From the NCBI GenBank assembly GCA_037382465.1, contig JARRPX010000004.1, positions 140,204 through 204,203 of the forward strand: a stretch of DNA of 64,000 bases, written 5' to 3'. The DNA comes from Anaerolineales bacterium (lineage in GTDB: Bacteria; Chloroflexota; Anaerolineae; Anaerolineales; E44-bin32). The translations under genes and the position numbers were made by a program. This document shows, in pieces, positions 42,519-51,094 of this stretch. The notes below the pieces were generated by a model. That model made no database searches and was not told the origin of the DNA. It saw nothing but the letters and a program-made list of their open reading frames with translations. The first letter of the stretch is position 1; each line of letters begins with the position of its first letter.

Positions 42519-44594
42519 CTAATCGCTTTCTTCTTTGCCGAGTTCCTTCTGGCGAGCGGCGATGATCTCCTCGGTGATGTGATGGGGGACGACTTCGTAA
42601 TGACTGAGCGATGTGGTGTAATATCCTCGCCCGCCGGTAAACGAACGCAGATCGGTCGTGTAGCGCTGGATTTCCGCCAGGGGAACTTTGGCCGTGACCA
42701 CACTGCGGCCGCGCTCCGTTTCCATCCCCTGGACGCGGGCCCGGCGGGTATTCAAATCTCCCAGCACGTCGCCCATGTTGCTCTCGGGCACGATCACGCG
42801 CACGTCCATGATCGGTTCGAGCAGCACGGGGGCGGCGTCCTTTATCGCCACTTTAAAGGCTTCGCGCCCGGCGATCACGAAGGCCACGGCCTTCGAATCG
42901 ACGGGATGCTCCTTGCCGTCCGTGATTGCCACCTTGACCTTCTCGACCGGATAGCCCGCAAGCACGCCCTGCTTCATCACACCGCGTACGCCCTTTTCGA
43001 TGGCGGGCATGAAACTGGAAGAAATCGCTCCACCGAAGACTTCGTTTACGAATTCGAAGTCTTCGTCCTCCAGGGGTTCGACGCGCATGTGCACTTCGGC
43101 GAACTGGCCGGCGCCGCCCGTCTGTTTCTTGTGACGATACTGTGAAGTGCCCACCTTCGTGATCGTTTCCCGATAGGGCACCTTGGGAATTTCGGTATCC
43201 AGACCGACTTGAAACTTCGATTCCGCCTTACGAATGGCGACGTCGATGTGCTGGTCTCCCATGCCCTGCAGGATGGTTTGATTGGTGCTGGATTCCTGGT
43301 ACCAGGACAGGGTTGGATCTTCTTCGCTCAGACGCGTCAACGTAGGGCTGATCTTGGTCGAATCGGCCTGCGTCTTCGGCGACACGGCGACCGCGTACAA
43401 CGCCGTAGGGTACTCGGGCTGCGGCAGCAGAAGGGGATGCCCTTTATCACCGAGCGTGTCGCCGGTTTCCGTTTCACCCAGCTTCGCCACCGTTCCGATG
43501 TCCCCGGCGTGGAGGCGATCGACGGGAATCTGCTCCTTGCCGCACATGACGTGCAGGCTTCCCAGCCGCTCATCTTCGTCGCGGCTGTGGTTGTACACCT
43601 TGCGATCGCTGTCCAGGAGTCCCGAGTACACCCGCATGTAGGTGAGTTTCCCGACGAAGGGATCGGCCGTCGTCTTCCATACGTAGACCGCCAGCGGTCC
43701 GTTGTCCGACGCCGATAACTCCTCCTCCCCGGAGGTGCCTTTGGCGACCACCGGCGCGACGTCCGCCGGCGAGGGGAACAATTCGATCATCGCTTCCAGC
43801 AGCGGCGCGGTTCCGATGTTTTCGGTTCCGGCAGCGACGAACACGGGCACGAAGCGGCCTGACTGCACGGCGCTGCGAAATCCTTTGGACACATCTTCCG
43901 CACTCAGTTCTGCACCGTCCAGATATTTCTCCAGTAAGGCGTCGTCTCCCTCGGCCGCAGCTTCGACCAGCGACGTGCGCGCCTCTTCGACGCTGTCCGC
44001 ATACTCGGCGGGAATGTCTTGCGCCTTGGTGCCATCTCCGGGGCGCGCCTTCATGCTGAAAAGATCGATCACACCCTCGAAATCCAGTTTTTCACCCAGA
44101 GGAAGTTGGACGGGAATGAAGGTAACATCGCTGGAGAGTTCCTGCACCGCCGCCAACGCCGCCTGGAAATTGGCGTTCTCGCGGTTCATCTTGCTGATCA
44201 CGACGAAGCGCGGCAGCTTGAACGTATCGCAGTAATCCCAGACCAGCTCGGTCCCGACCTCCACACCGGCGACCGAATCGACGACGACCACGGCGCCGTC
44301 CGCCACACGCAGCGCTGAAATGACTTCGCCGATGAAGTCGGTGTATCCGGGCGTGTCCAGTAGATTGACCTTGTTGTCTTTGTATTCAACCGGCAGAATG
44401 GACGTCGAAAGCGAGAGATTACGGCGAATCTCTTCCTCCTCGAAGTCGGAGACGGTATTGCCGTCTTCGACCCTGCCCATGCGGTTGATCACACCGGTCA
44501 GAAACAGCATCGCCTCGCCCAGGGAGGTCTTTCCTGCACCACCATGGGACACTAAGGCAACATTACGTATGAATTCCGTTGCGTATTCTTTCAT
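42519..44594 (-). CDS. Elongation factor G paralogue (EF-G2-like translational GTPase), not in a str operon
   Basis: G domain (HGGAGKTSLGEAMLF, DTPGYTDF, SKMNR) plus domains II-V. The P-loop context differs from canonical AGKTTTTE, and no rpsL/rpsG/tuf neighbours are present. Confidence 0.85.
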   Translation of the reverse strand: MKEYATEFIRNVALVSHGGAGKTSLGEAMLFLTGVINRMGRVEDGNTVSDFEEEEIRRNLSLSTSILPVEYKDNKVNLLDTPGYTDFIGEVISALRVADGAVVVVDSVAGVEVGTELVWDYCDTFKLPRFVVISKMNRENANFQAALAAVQELSSDVTFIPVQLPLGEKLDFEGVIDLFSMKARPGDGTKAQDIPAEYADSVEEARTSLVEAAAEGDDALLEKYLDGAELSAEDVSKGFRSAVQSGRFVPVFVAAGTENIGTAPLLEAMIELFPSPADVAPVVAKGTSGEEELSASDNGPLAVYVWKTTADPFVGKLTYMRVYSGLLDSDRKVYNHSRDEDERLGSLHVMCGKEQIPVDRLHAGDIGTVAKLGETETGDTLGDKGHPLLLPQPEYPTALYAVAVSPKTQADSTKISPTLTRLSEEDPTLSWYQESSTNQTILQGMGDQHIDVAIRKAESKFQVGLDTEIPKVPYRETITKVGTSQYRHKKQTGGAGQFAEVHMRVEPLEDEDFEFVNEVFGGAISSSFMPAIEKGVRGVMKQGVLAGYPVEKVKVAITDGKEHPVDSKAVAFVIAGREAFKVAIKDAAPVLLEPIMDVRVIVPESNMGDVLGDLNTRRARVQGMETERGRSVVTAKVPLAEIQRYTTDLRSFTGGRGYYTTSLSHYEVVPHHITEEIIAARQKELGKEESD

Positions 44595-44695
44595 TCGATT
44601 GGGGCCCTTCCAACGAGGTTTCCTAGCCCAAAGATTGTAAAGCAGGAGGGGGTTGTTGTCAAAGATGTTACAATTTCATTCATGGGTGAGAGCCG

Positions 44696-45172
44696 ATGAA
44701 ATTTATCAACCAACATTCCTATTTCGTGTTCGCGGGCACGGTGCTGGTCGGCGCGGCGTTGATCCTCGGCGCCGGCGGCATGACCACTTCCCGCCTGCTC
44801 GTGCTGCTCGGGCTGGCGTTCGTGTTGGCGGCTGTGTATTTGATTTTCTACCCCGGCAGAGGTCCGGCTCAGCGCACCCAACGCGGGATCGGAAGCGGCA
44901 AACCGGTCCTGCTCGAATTCCAGAGCCGCTTTTGAATAGCCTGCATGGCCATGAAACCCATCGTGGATGGGATCGAAACCGAATTCCAGCAGGAGTTGGA
45001 CGTGATCCGTCTGGACGTCCAGGATCCTGCGTCTCGAGATTTCATGGAACGCTACGGCTTCGAGTACACGCCCACCTTCATTCTGTTCGACGGCGACGGA
45101 AACGAGCGCTGGCGGAAGCTCGGTGCGCTAAACAAGGCCGCCGTGCAAAGCGCGCTCATGGAATTAAAGTGA
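44696..45172 (+). CDS. Membrane-anchored thioredoxin-fold selenoprotein (UxxC), in-frame TGA at 44933-44935
   Basis: ORFs 44696..44935 and 44945..45172 share one frame and are joined by TGA-ATA-GCC-TGC. The result is GKPVLLEFQSRF-U-IAC-MAMKPIVDGIE...YTPTFILFD, i.e. the Trx WCxxC position with Sec as the N-terminal redox residue plus a cis-Pro TPT block. Two N-terminal TM helices. Confidence 0.7.
44957..44971 (+). promoter_or_regulatory. Candidate SECIS hairpin for the thioredoxin-like gene
   Basis: CCCATC-gtg-GATGGG: 6-bp stem, GUG loop, starting 21 nt after the TGA. The short loop makes this call weak. Confidence 0.3.
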
Positions 45173-45738
45173 TCCGCCAGGTCCTGTTCGAACTTTCGTA
45201 CCTGATCCGCCGTACACCCTGGGACACCGGAATCTCACCGCCGGAATTAATGGTCTTTCTCGGTTCCCATTCCCCCGGCCGCGCTCTCGATCTGGGCTGC
45301 GGCACCGGTACGAACGCCATCACCATGACGAAACACGGCTGGCAGGTCGTGGCAGTGGACATTTCGATACTCGCCATCCGGCGCGCGCGCCAGAAAGCAC
45401 ACGAAGCAAGTGCAGCAATCGATTTTCGCCAGGGCGACGTGACTGCAATGCGGAATCTCGGTGACCCTTTCGATCTCGCGCTCGACATCGGCTGCTTTCA
45501 CAGTCTGAGCGGAGATGCGAGAAAACGGTACGCCGCGAACCTCAAGCGCTGGCTGAATCCGGAAGGTTCGTTTCTGCTCTACGCCTGGCTGGATGATGAA
45601 GATGAAACCCAGGACGATCCGCTAAACGCAGCCGAAATCGAAACGCTGTTCTCCCCGGAATTGGAATGCCTCGACGCGACCCTCGGAACCGAACGGCAAA
45701 GGACTTCGGCCTGGTTCACCTTTCGACGGAAGCCGTGA
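45169..45738 (+). CDS. Class I SAM-dependent methyltransferase (TehB/TPMT-like)
   Basis: GTG 45169 overlaps the Trx-like stop (GTGA). TPWDTG...ALDLGCGTGTNAITMTKHGWQVVAVDIS motif I and post-I, followed by DLALDIGCFH. Only the last 190 aa of listed ORF 44653..45738 are used. Confidence 0.8.
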   Translation: MIRQVLFELSYLIRRTPWDTGISPPELMVFLGSHSPGRALDLGCGTGTNAITMTKHGWQVVAVDISILAIRRARQKAHEASAAIDFRQGDVTAMRNLGDPFDLALDIGCFHSLSGDARKRYAANLKRWLNPEGSFLLYAWLDDEDETQDDPLNAAEIETLFSPELECLDATLGTERQRTSAWFTFRRKP

Positions 45739-46676
45739 TGGCGCGCGTTTTGATGCTCTTCCTCGATGGCGTCGGGCTGGGCGCCGACGACCCGAAACGC
45801 AACCCGTTTGCCGTCGCACGCATGCCGGCATTGATCGGCTTGATGGAAGGCCGCAGATTACTGGCCGGTTCGGCACCGTTTGTCGGCGAACGAGCGTCGC
45901 TTCTCGCCGTAGACGCGTGCATGGGTGTCGCGGGGCTGCCGCAGTCCGCCACCGGCCAGGCCAGCCTGCTCACGGGCCGCAACGTATCTGCGGAAATCGG
46001 CATGCATTATGGGCCCAAACCGAATCCCGCCATCCGGGACATCCTCACAGAGGACAATTTGTTTGCCCTGGTCCGTCGAAAAGGCGAACCTGCGGCGTTG
46101 ATCAACGCCTATCCGCCTGGCTATTTCGAAGCCATAAATTCCGGCCGCCGCCTGTATTCCGCGATTCCGTTCGCCGTCACTGCGGCCGGCTTCGAACTGA
46201 TGACCGACGAGGATATGCGCCAGGGACGGGCGATGTCCGCCGATTTCACCGGCGCCGGCTGGGTCGCACGGCCCGATTTCCCTCCGGCGCCCGTCTATAC
46301 GCCCGCTGAAGCCGGAGCATTGCTAGCCGCCATTTCCCAAACTTATGCACTCTCCTGGTTCGACTATTGGCCCACGGATTACGCCGGCCACCGTTCCTCA
46401 CTCGACGGGGCCGTCGAACTGCTGGAATCCGTCGACGCCGTTTTGGACGGCCTCTTCTCCGCCTGGAAGGATCGAACGGATTTGATCGTGCTCACCTCCG
46501 ACCACGGCAACCTGGAAGACCTCAGTGTGCGTGGGCATACCCGCAATCCTGTCCCGGCGCTTATCGTCGGACCTGCGGATCTGCGCATCCAATTCGCTGC
46601 TGGTTTGCACGATCTGACGGATTTCGCGGACGCCATCACGACCACGATTTTCAAGCGCCAACAAGAAGCCCCTTAG
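45738..46676 (+). CDS. Alkaline-phosphatase-superfamily metalloenzyme (phosphomutase/phosphodiesterase-like)
   Basis: ATG overlaps the methyltransferase stop (TGATG). LMLFLDGVGLG N-terminal metal site, the QSATGQASLLTG nucleophile region, and TSDHGN near the C-terminus. Confidence 0.65.
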   Translation: MARVLMLFLDGVGLGADDPKRNPFAVARMPALIGLMEGRRLLAGSAPFVGERASLLAVDACMGVAGLPQSATGQASLLTGRNVSAEIGMHYGPKPNPAIRDILTEDNLFALVRRKGEPAALINAYPPGYFEAINSGRRLYSAIPFAVTAAGFELMTDEDMRQGRAMSADFTGAGWVARPDFPPAPVYTPAEAGALLAAISQTYALSWFDYWPTDYAGHRSSLDGAVELLESVDAVLDGLFSAWKDRTDLIVLTSDHGNLEDLSVRGHTRNPVPALIVGPADLRIQFAAGLHDLTDFADAITTTIFKRQQEAP

Positions 46677-46681
46677 CCTAC

Positions 46682-46714
46682 TTGACATTCTTTGTCCGAT
46701 AAGGATAGTATCCT
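46682..46714 (+). promoter_or_regulatory. Putative promoter with an overlapping 6-1-6 palindromic operator upstream of the P1B ATPase
   Basis: TTGACA at 46682-46687, 18-nt spacer, TAGTAT at 46706-46711. The palindrome AGGATA-g-TATCCT (46702-46714) covers the -10. Confidence 0.35.
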
Positions 46715-46747
46715 ATTATATGGAGATCTTCTTTCTCCCAGCATGAG

Positions 46748-48904
46748 ATGAAACGCTACGAGATAGGCACGAAAGACATGCAGCCAGAGAGCAAACCAGA
46801 GACATCCAACGCGGGCATCCAGACCCTGGAAATCCCCATTCGAGGCATGGACTGCGTCGATTGCACCAGGCACGTCGAGCGGGCCATATCCGATCTCTCC
46901 GGCGTTGAAAGCGTGGAAGTGCTTCTGGGGGCCGAACGCGCCGTCGTTCGCCTGGATCCCGGCCGGGTCGGCATGCCCGACCTGCGCAAGGCCGTCGAAA
47001 AGGCCGGCTACCGCGTTCCCGCTCCGGAAGTCACGACGGCGCAGCGAAATGCAGCGCAGTACGCCCGCCGGATATTGACGCTGCTCTTCGGCGTCTTTGC
47101 CATACTGTTTCTCGTCGTCGTTCTGGGCGAGTGGTTCGGGCTGCTCGAATCAGTCAGCCGCTCGATCCCCTGGCAGCTCGGTCTGGTCGTCATTCTGATC
47201 GGAGGCTATCCGGTCTTCCTCAACGTGCTTCGGGCTACGTGGCGCAGGGAAATCATCGCGCACACGTTGATGACCGTGGGAGTCATCGCCGCCGTCATCG
47301 TCGGGGAATGGGCTACCGCCGCGGTCGTCGTTTTCTTCATGCGCGTCGGGGATTTCGTCGAACGCTACACCTCCGAGCGCGCACGCCATGCGATCCGGGA
47401 CCTTGCCAGTCTGTCCCCCCAGAAAGCGCGTCTCCTGCGCCAGGGAGAAGAAGTGGAAGTGCCGATCGAAGAAGTCAAAGCCGGAGACGTGGTCGTCGTG
47501 CGGCCGGGTGAGAAAATCCCCGTGGACGGGGAAGTCGTCGCCGGCCAGGCGACCGTCAACCAGGCAACCATCACCGGCGAATCGATGCCCGTGGAGGCGC
47601 AAGCCGGCTCCCAGGTTTATGCCGCCACGATCGCCACGTTGGGAAATTTGCGCATACGCGCCCAGCGCATCGGATCCGATTCGACCTTCGGTCGCGTGAT
47701 CAGGCTGGTCGAGACCGCGGAGAGTCAGCGCGGCAGGGTTCAACGCGCTGCGGATCGTTTCTCCAGCTATTTCCTGCCCCTCGTTGCAGGAATCGCTGCG
47801 CTTACTTTCATCATCGGAAGAAACCCCCTGGCCACGGCCGCCGTGCTGGTCGTCGCCTGTTCCTGTTCCTTCGCCCTGGCGACACCGATCGCCATGCTGG
47901 CGTCCATCGGCGCCAGCGCCCGCCGCGGCCTGTTGATCAAAGGCGGCAAACACCTCGAAGCGCTGGCCCGAGCCCAGACCGTACTCATCGATAAAACCGG
48001 AACGCTCACCCTCGGCGAACCAGAGATCACGGACGTCATACCGCTGGGGAAGATCTCTGCGGACAAGCTGCTGAGCCTCGCTGCCAGCGCCGAACGCTAT
48101 TCAGAGCACCCGCTTGCGGAGGCCGTCCGCCTGGCCGCATTCCACCGCGGCTGTGCCGTGCAAGAACCCCAGGACTTCGAAGCTACTCCGGGGATCGGCG
48201 TGCTCGCCCGGATCGATTCCCGGCAGATCGGTGTGGGAAACCGCCGCTCGCTGCCCGATGCCGCCCTGCCCGACTCCTTTCTGGAGAAAGAGAAGCAAGG
48301 CAAGACGCTGCTCGCCGTCACGAGAGACGGCGAACTGATCGGCGCCCTGGCAGCAGCGGACACCGTACGCGATGAGGTGCCGCAGGCGATAAGCCAACTC
48401 AAGCGGCTCGGCATCGATGAGCTCGTTTTGATATCCGGAGACAATGTCCATGCGACGGCCCACCTGGCCGACAGGCTGGGCGTCGATTACCGCGCCGAGC
48501 TGCTTCCCGAGGACAAGATCGAGATCGTCAAGCGCTATCAGGAACAAGGGCGCACAGTCGTCATGGTCGGGGACGGCGTCAACGATGCGCCTTCCCTTGC
48601 ACAAGCCGACGTCGGCATCGCCATGGGTACGGTCGGAAGCGACGTGGCCATCGAAGCCGCCCACGTCGCCCTGCTGCGTGAAGACTGGACGCTCGTCCCA
48701 CTGCTTTTCCGCATCGCCCGGCGGACGATGTCCGTGGTCAAGCTGAACATCGGCTTCACGTTGATCTACAATCTCTTCGGTTTGTCCCTCGCCGCGCTGG
48801 GAATCCTTCCACCCATACTCGCAGCCGCGGCGCAGTCCATCCCCGACCTGGGCATACTGGCCAATTCCTCCCGGCTGCTGCAGCAATCCAAGCTGGACCA
48901 TTGA
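46748..48904 (+). CDS. Heavy-metal-translocating P1B-type ATPase with an atypical CSC membrane motif
   Basis: N-terminal HMA domain (GMDCVDC), DKTGTLT, SEHPLA (HP), GDGVNDAP. The TM motif reads ACSCSFALATP (TGT-TCC-TGT at 47858-47866) where CPC is usual. Confidence 0.9.
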   Translation: MKRYEIGTKDMQPESKPETSNAGIQTLEIPIRGMDCVDCTRHVERAISDLSGVESVEVLLGAERAVVRLDPGRVGMPDLRKAVEKAGYRVPAPEVTTAQRNAAQYARRILTLLFGVFAILFLVVVLGEWFGLLESVSRSIPWQLGLVVILIGGYPVFLNVLRATWRREIIAHTLMTVGVIAAVIVGEWATAAVVVFFMRVGDFVERYTSERARHAIRDLASLSPQKARLLRQGEEVEVPIEEVKAGDVVVVRPGEKIPVDGEVVAGQATVNQATITGESMPVEAQAGSQVYAATIATLGNLRIRAQRIGSDSTFGRVIRLVETAESQRGRVQRAADRFSSYFLPLVAGIAALTFIIGRNPLATAAVLVVACSCSFALATPIAMLASIGASARRGLLIKGGKHLEALARAQTVLIDKTGTLTLGEPEITDVIPLGKISADKLLSLAASAERYSEHPLAEAVRLAAFHRGCAVQEPQDFEATPGIGVLARIDSRQIGVGNRRSLPDAALPDSFLEKEKQGKTLLAVTRDGELIGALAAADTVRDEVPQAISQLKRLGIDELVLISGDNVHATAHLADRLGVDYRAELLPEDKIEIVKRYQEQGRTVVMVGDGVNDAPSLAQADVGIAMGTVGSDVAIEAAHVALLREDWTLVPLLFRIARRTMSVVKLNIGFTLIYNLFGLSLAALGILPPILAAAAQSIPDLGILANSSRLLQQSKLDH

Positions 48905-49056
48905 CATCGGCAAAGCGCATCCGATTCGCTGCGTTGACGCCCGTAAAACACCTGTTCCATCCTGCCGGACGGCCAAACACGATGTTCCAAGATCGCCAAC
49001 TCTTGCTATACTTCATTTTAAGCGAAAACGGATCGTCGATAAAGTTGAGGCATCGG

Positions 49057-49647
49057 ATGCAGAACCGGTTTACAGAGAGTGAAAAGAAAACACTGCTGCG
49101 CCTTGCACGCGAGGCGATCGAGAGCGCCGTAGATCCAGCGCACCATGCAGTGAAATTCGACCTGCATTCTCTGCCTCCAGCCTTGCGAGAGTGCAAGACT
49201 TCATTCGTAACGCTGTACAACGGCGACCAGTTACGCGGCTGCATCGGAGGTCTCATGGCGGAACACGCCCTCGCCGAGGACGTGCGCATCCACGCCGCAG
49301 CCGCGGCAACGAAGGATTTTCGTTTTCCCCCCGTTCGAGCCGATGAAATCCCGCAGTTGAGTATTGAAATTTCCGTTCTTTCAACGCCCGAGCCGTTGGA
49401 ATATGAGGGGCCAGACGACTTGATCGGTAAACTCCGGCCGGGCGAAGATGGGGTGATCCTGCAGCAAGGAGTCCGTCGCGCTACATTCCTACCCCAGGTA
49501 TGGAAGAAGGTACCCGACCCCGAACGTTTCCTGGGAATGCTTTGCGAGAAAGCCTTTCTCCCGCCCGACGCATGGAAATCGGGGAAACTGCAGGTTTTTA
49601 CCTACCAGGTGCTGCCCATCTGCGAGGCAGACCTGAAGGACGAATAG
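49057..49647 (+). CDS. AMMECR1-domain protein
   Basis: LRGCIGG...FPPV...LSIEISVLS...GV.RATFLPQVW blocks. ATG 49057 has GAGG 6 nt upstream, and the ORF is open back to TTG 48901. Confidence 0.8.
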   Translation: MQNRFTESEKKTLLRLAREAIESAVDPAHHAVKFDLHSLPPALRECKTSFVTLYNGDQLRGCIGGLMAEHALAEDVRIHAAAAATKDFRFPPVRADEIPQLSIEISVLSTPEPLEYEGPDDLIGKLRPGEDGVILQQGVRRATFLPQVWKKVPDPERFLGMLCEKAFLPPDAWKSGKLQVFTYQVLPICEADLKDE

Positions 49648-49650
49648 ATC

Positions 49651-49682
49651 CTGACGCCCTATATCTGAGTATAGTGCGTCAG
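49651..49682 (+). terminator. Compound hairpin downstream of the AMMECR1 gene (no U-tract)
   Basis: CTGACGC-c-CTATA-tctgag-TATAG-t-GCGTCAG, immediately after stop 49645-49647. Confidence 0.35.
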
Positions 49683-49842
49683 CCCTGGACGTAACACAGC
49701 GGAATACTCCGATCTCAGAAGTGTAGTACGATCGCCTTATACCCGTTGATTGTCACGCCGTCGATAATCGAGACGACGGGCTGCGTCAACTCACGTCGCG
49801 CCGGGGATAAATTCAAATTGCCCGGCAAAACTGAAGGTTATC

Positions 49843-50802
49843 GTGCGCCGAAGAAGATTGCGACTTTTCTCGAGAAAAAGCGGTTTGAAGGTTCTCCTGG
49901 CCACCGCCATGACCGTGCTCGCAGGCGCAGGTGCGGCCGCGCTTTTGTATTTCGCTCCGCGATTGCAGTTCGAAATTGCCCTTTATGCCACCGAACTGTC
50001 CGCGGCCAATTTCGTGCCCACAGCGGCGCTCACCACCGCAGCCGTCGGTATTGCCCGCGAAGCGGAACGAACGACGGAAAGCGCCTCCCTGCAGCCGACG
50101 AGAAGTCCGAGCAGCACGTCGACGATGAGACATTCGCCGACCAGCAGTTGCACAGTTTCCCCGACTCCGTCTATAACGCCTACCTGCTCACTAACGCCAA
50201 CCGAATACATCCCCATATATCCGACAAGCACGAAAACGCCGCCGAGCATCCCGACGAGCACACGCACTAGGACCCCGACCGCCGCGCTGCCTCCTGCTGC
50301 AACGCCGACTCCGACGCCGGAATCCACCGCCCCGGCTGCATCACAGCAGCCCGCAACTGCAACGCCCACATCCCCGACAGCTTCCTGTTCGCTGAGCGGG
50401 AACGGCGCATACGAGGCAACGCTGCTGAGTCTCATCAACCAGGCGCGCAGCGAACACGGACTCGGTTCCCTGACCCTTAAAAGTCCACTGACCGCCGCAG
50501 CCCGGATTCACAGCGCAGACATGGCTTGCAACAACTTCATCTCTCACACCGGATCGGACGGCTCGCGGCCGGCCGACCGAGTAGCAGCGCAAGGTTATTC
50601 CTTTACGTGGATCGGGGAGAACATCTACGCCGGCGGTGGTTCCTACAACGCTCCCGAACAGGCCTTCGAGTGGTGGATGAACAGCACGCCCCATCGAGAG
50701 AACATTCTGGGCGCCAACTATCAATCGATCGGCATCGGCTATCAATACAACCCGGATGGCCAATACGGCGGTTGTTTCACGCTCGTCTTCACCCGACCGT
50801 GA
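49843..50802 (+). CDS. Membrane-anchored CAP/SCP (YkwD-like) domain protein with a Pro/Thr-rich linker
   Basis: GTG start. N-terminal TM, about 110 aa of T/P/S-rich linker, then a C-terminal CAP domain (LINQARSEHGL..L....LTAAARIHS.DM....F.SHTGSDGS...R......GENI...W.NS..HRENIL). Confidence 0.75.
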   Translation: MRRRRLRLFSRKSGLKVLLATAMTVLAGAGAAALLYFAPRLQFEIALYATELSAANFVPTAALTTAAVGIAREAERTTESASLQPTRSPSSTSTMRHSPTSSCTVSPTPSITPTCSLTPTEYIPIYPTSTKTPPSIPTSTRTRTPTAALPPAATPTPTPESTAPAASQQPATATPTSPTASCSLSGNGAYEATLLSLINQARSEHGLGSLTLKSPLTAAARIHSADMACNNFISHTGSDGSRPADRVAAQGYSFTWIGENIYAGGGSYNAPEQAFEWWMNSTPHRENILGANYQSIGIGYQYNPDGQYGGCFTLVFTRP

Positions 50803-50826
50803 ACGATGATCCCGCAGCCCGATTGA

Positions 50827-51093
50827 CTAAATCTGCTCGAAATGTTCGGTGTCCAGGATGAAAATCGTCGCTCGCCTTCGTTCGGCTGCCTGCGGCTCGG
50901 AACGTACTTCTCGGATCACCGCGATGGCTTCATCCACCCTTTCGGGCTGCAGACCGGTGAGCAGCGTCGTGTTGCCCCGCCGCAGAAAACCACCCGTCGA
51001 TGCCACTCGCGTGACGCGGAACTCCTTTTCGATGAGCGCATCGACCGCTCGATCTGCGTCCTTATCGTCCAGGATCACAATCATTAATTTCAC
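50827..51093 (-). CDS. darA: PII-like cyclic-di-AMP receptor DarA/YaaQ family protein, short (loop-deleted) form
   Basis: MKLMIVILDDKDADRAVDALIEKEFRVTRVASTGGFLRRGNTTLLTG...ATIFILDTEHFEQI is colinear with my recollection of Bacillus DarA (MKLIVAVVQD...[20 protein letters not shown]...GGATVFVLPVDEFHQF) but lacks about 20 residues of the long loop. The ATG lies 1 nt after the antiporter stop. Confidence 0.7.
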   Translation of the reverse strand: MKLMIVILDDKDADRAVDALIEKEFRVTRVASTGGFLRRGNTTLLTGLQPERVDEAIAVIREVRSEPQAAERRRATIFILDTEHFEQI

Positions 51094-51094
51094 T

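Noticed and set aside
44653-45738. 361-aa ORF spanning the thioredoxin-like region and the methyltransferase
   Set aside because: Only its last 190 aa (from GTG 45169) look like a real protein, the SAM methyltransferase. The first 170 aa are an Arg/Gly/Pro-rich out-of-frame read-through of the Trx-like selenoprotein gene.
48901-49056. TTG 48901 overlapping the ATPase stop (TTGA) as the AMMECR1 start
   Set aside because: The 52 extra residues are not part of the AMMECR1 fold as I know it. ATG 49057 has a GAGG RBS. Coupling from TTG remains possible but is less likely.
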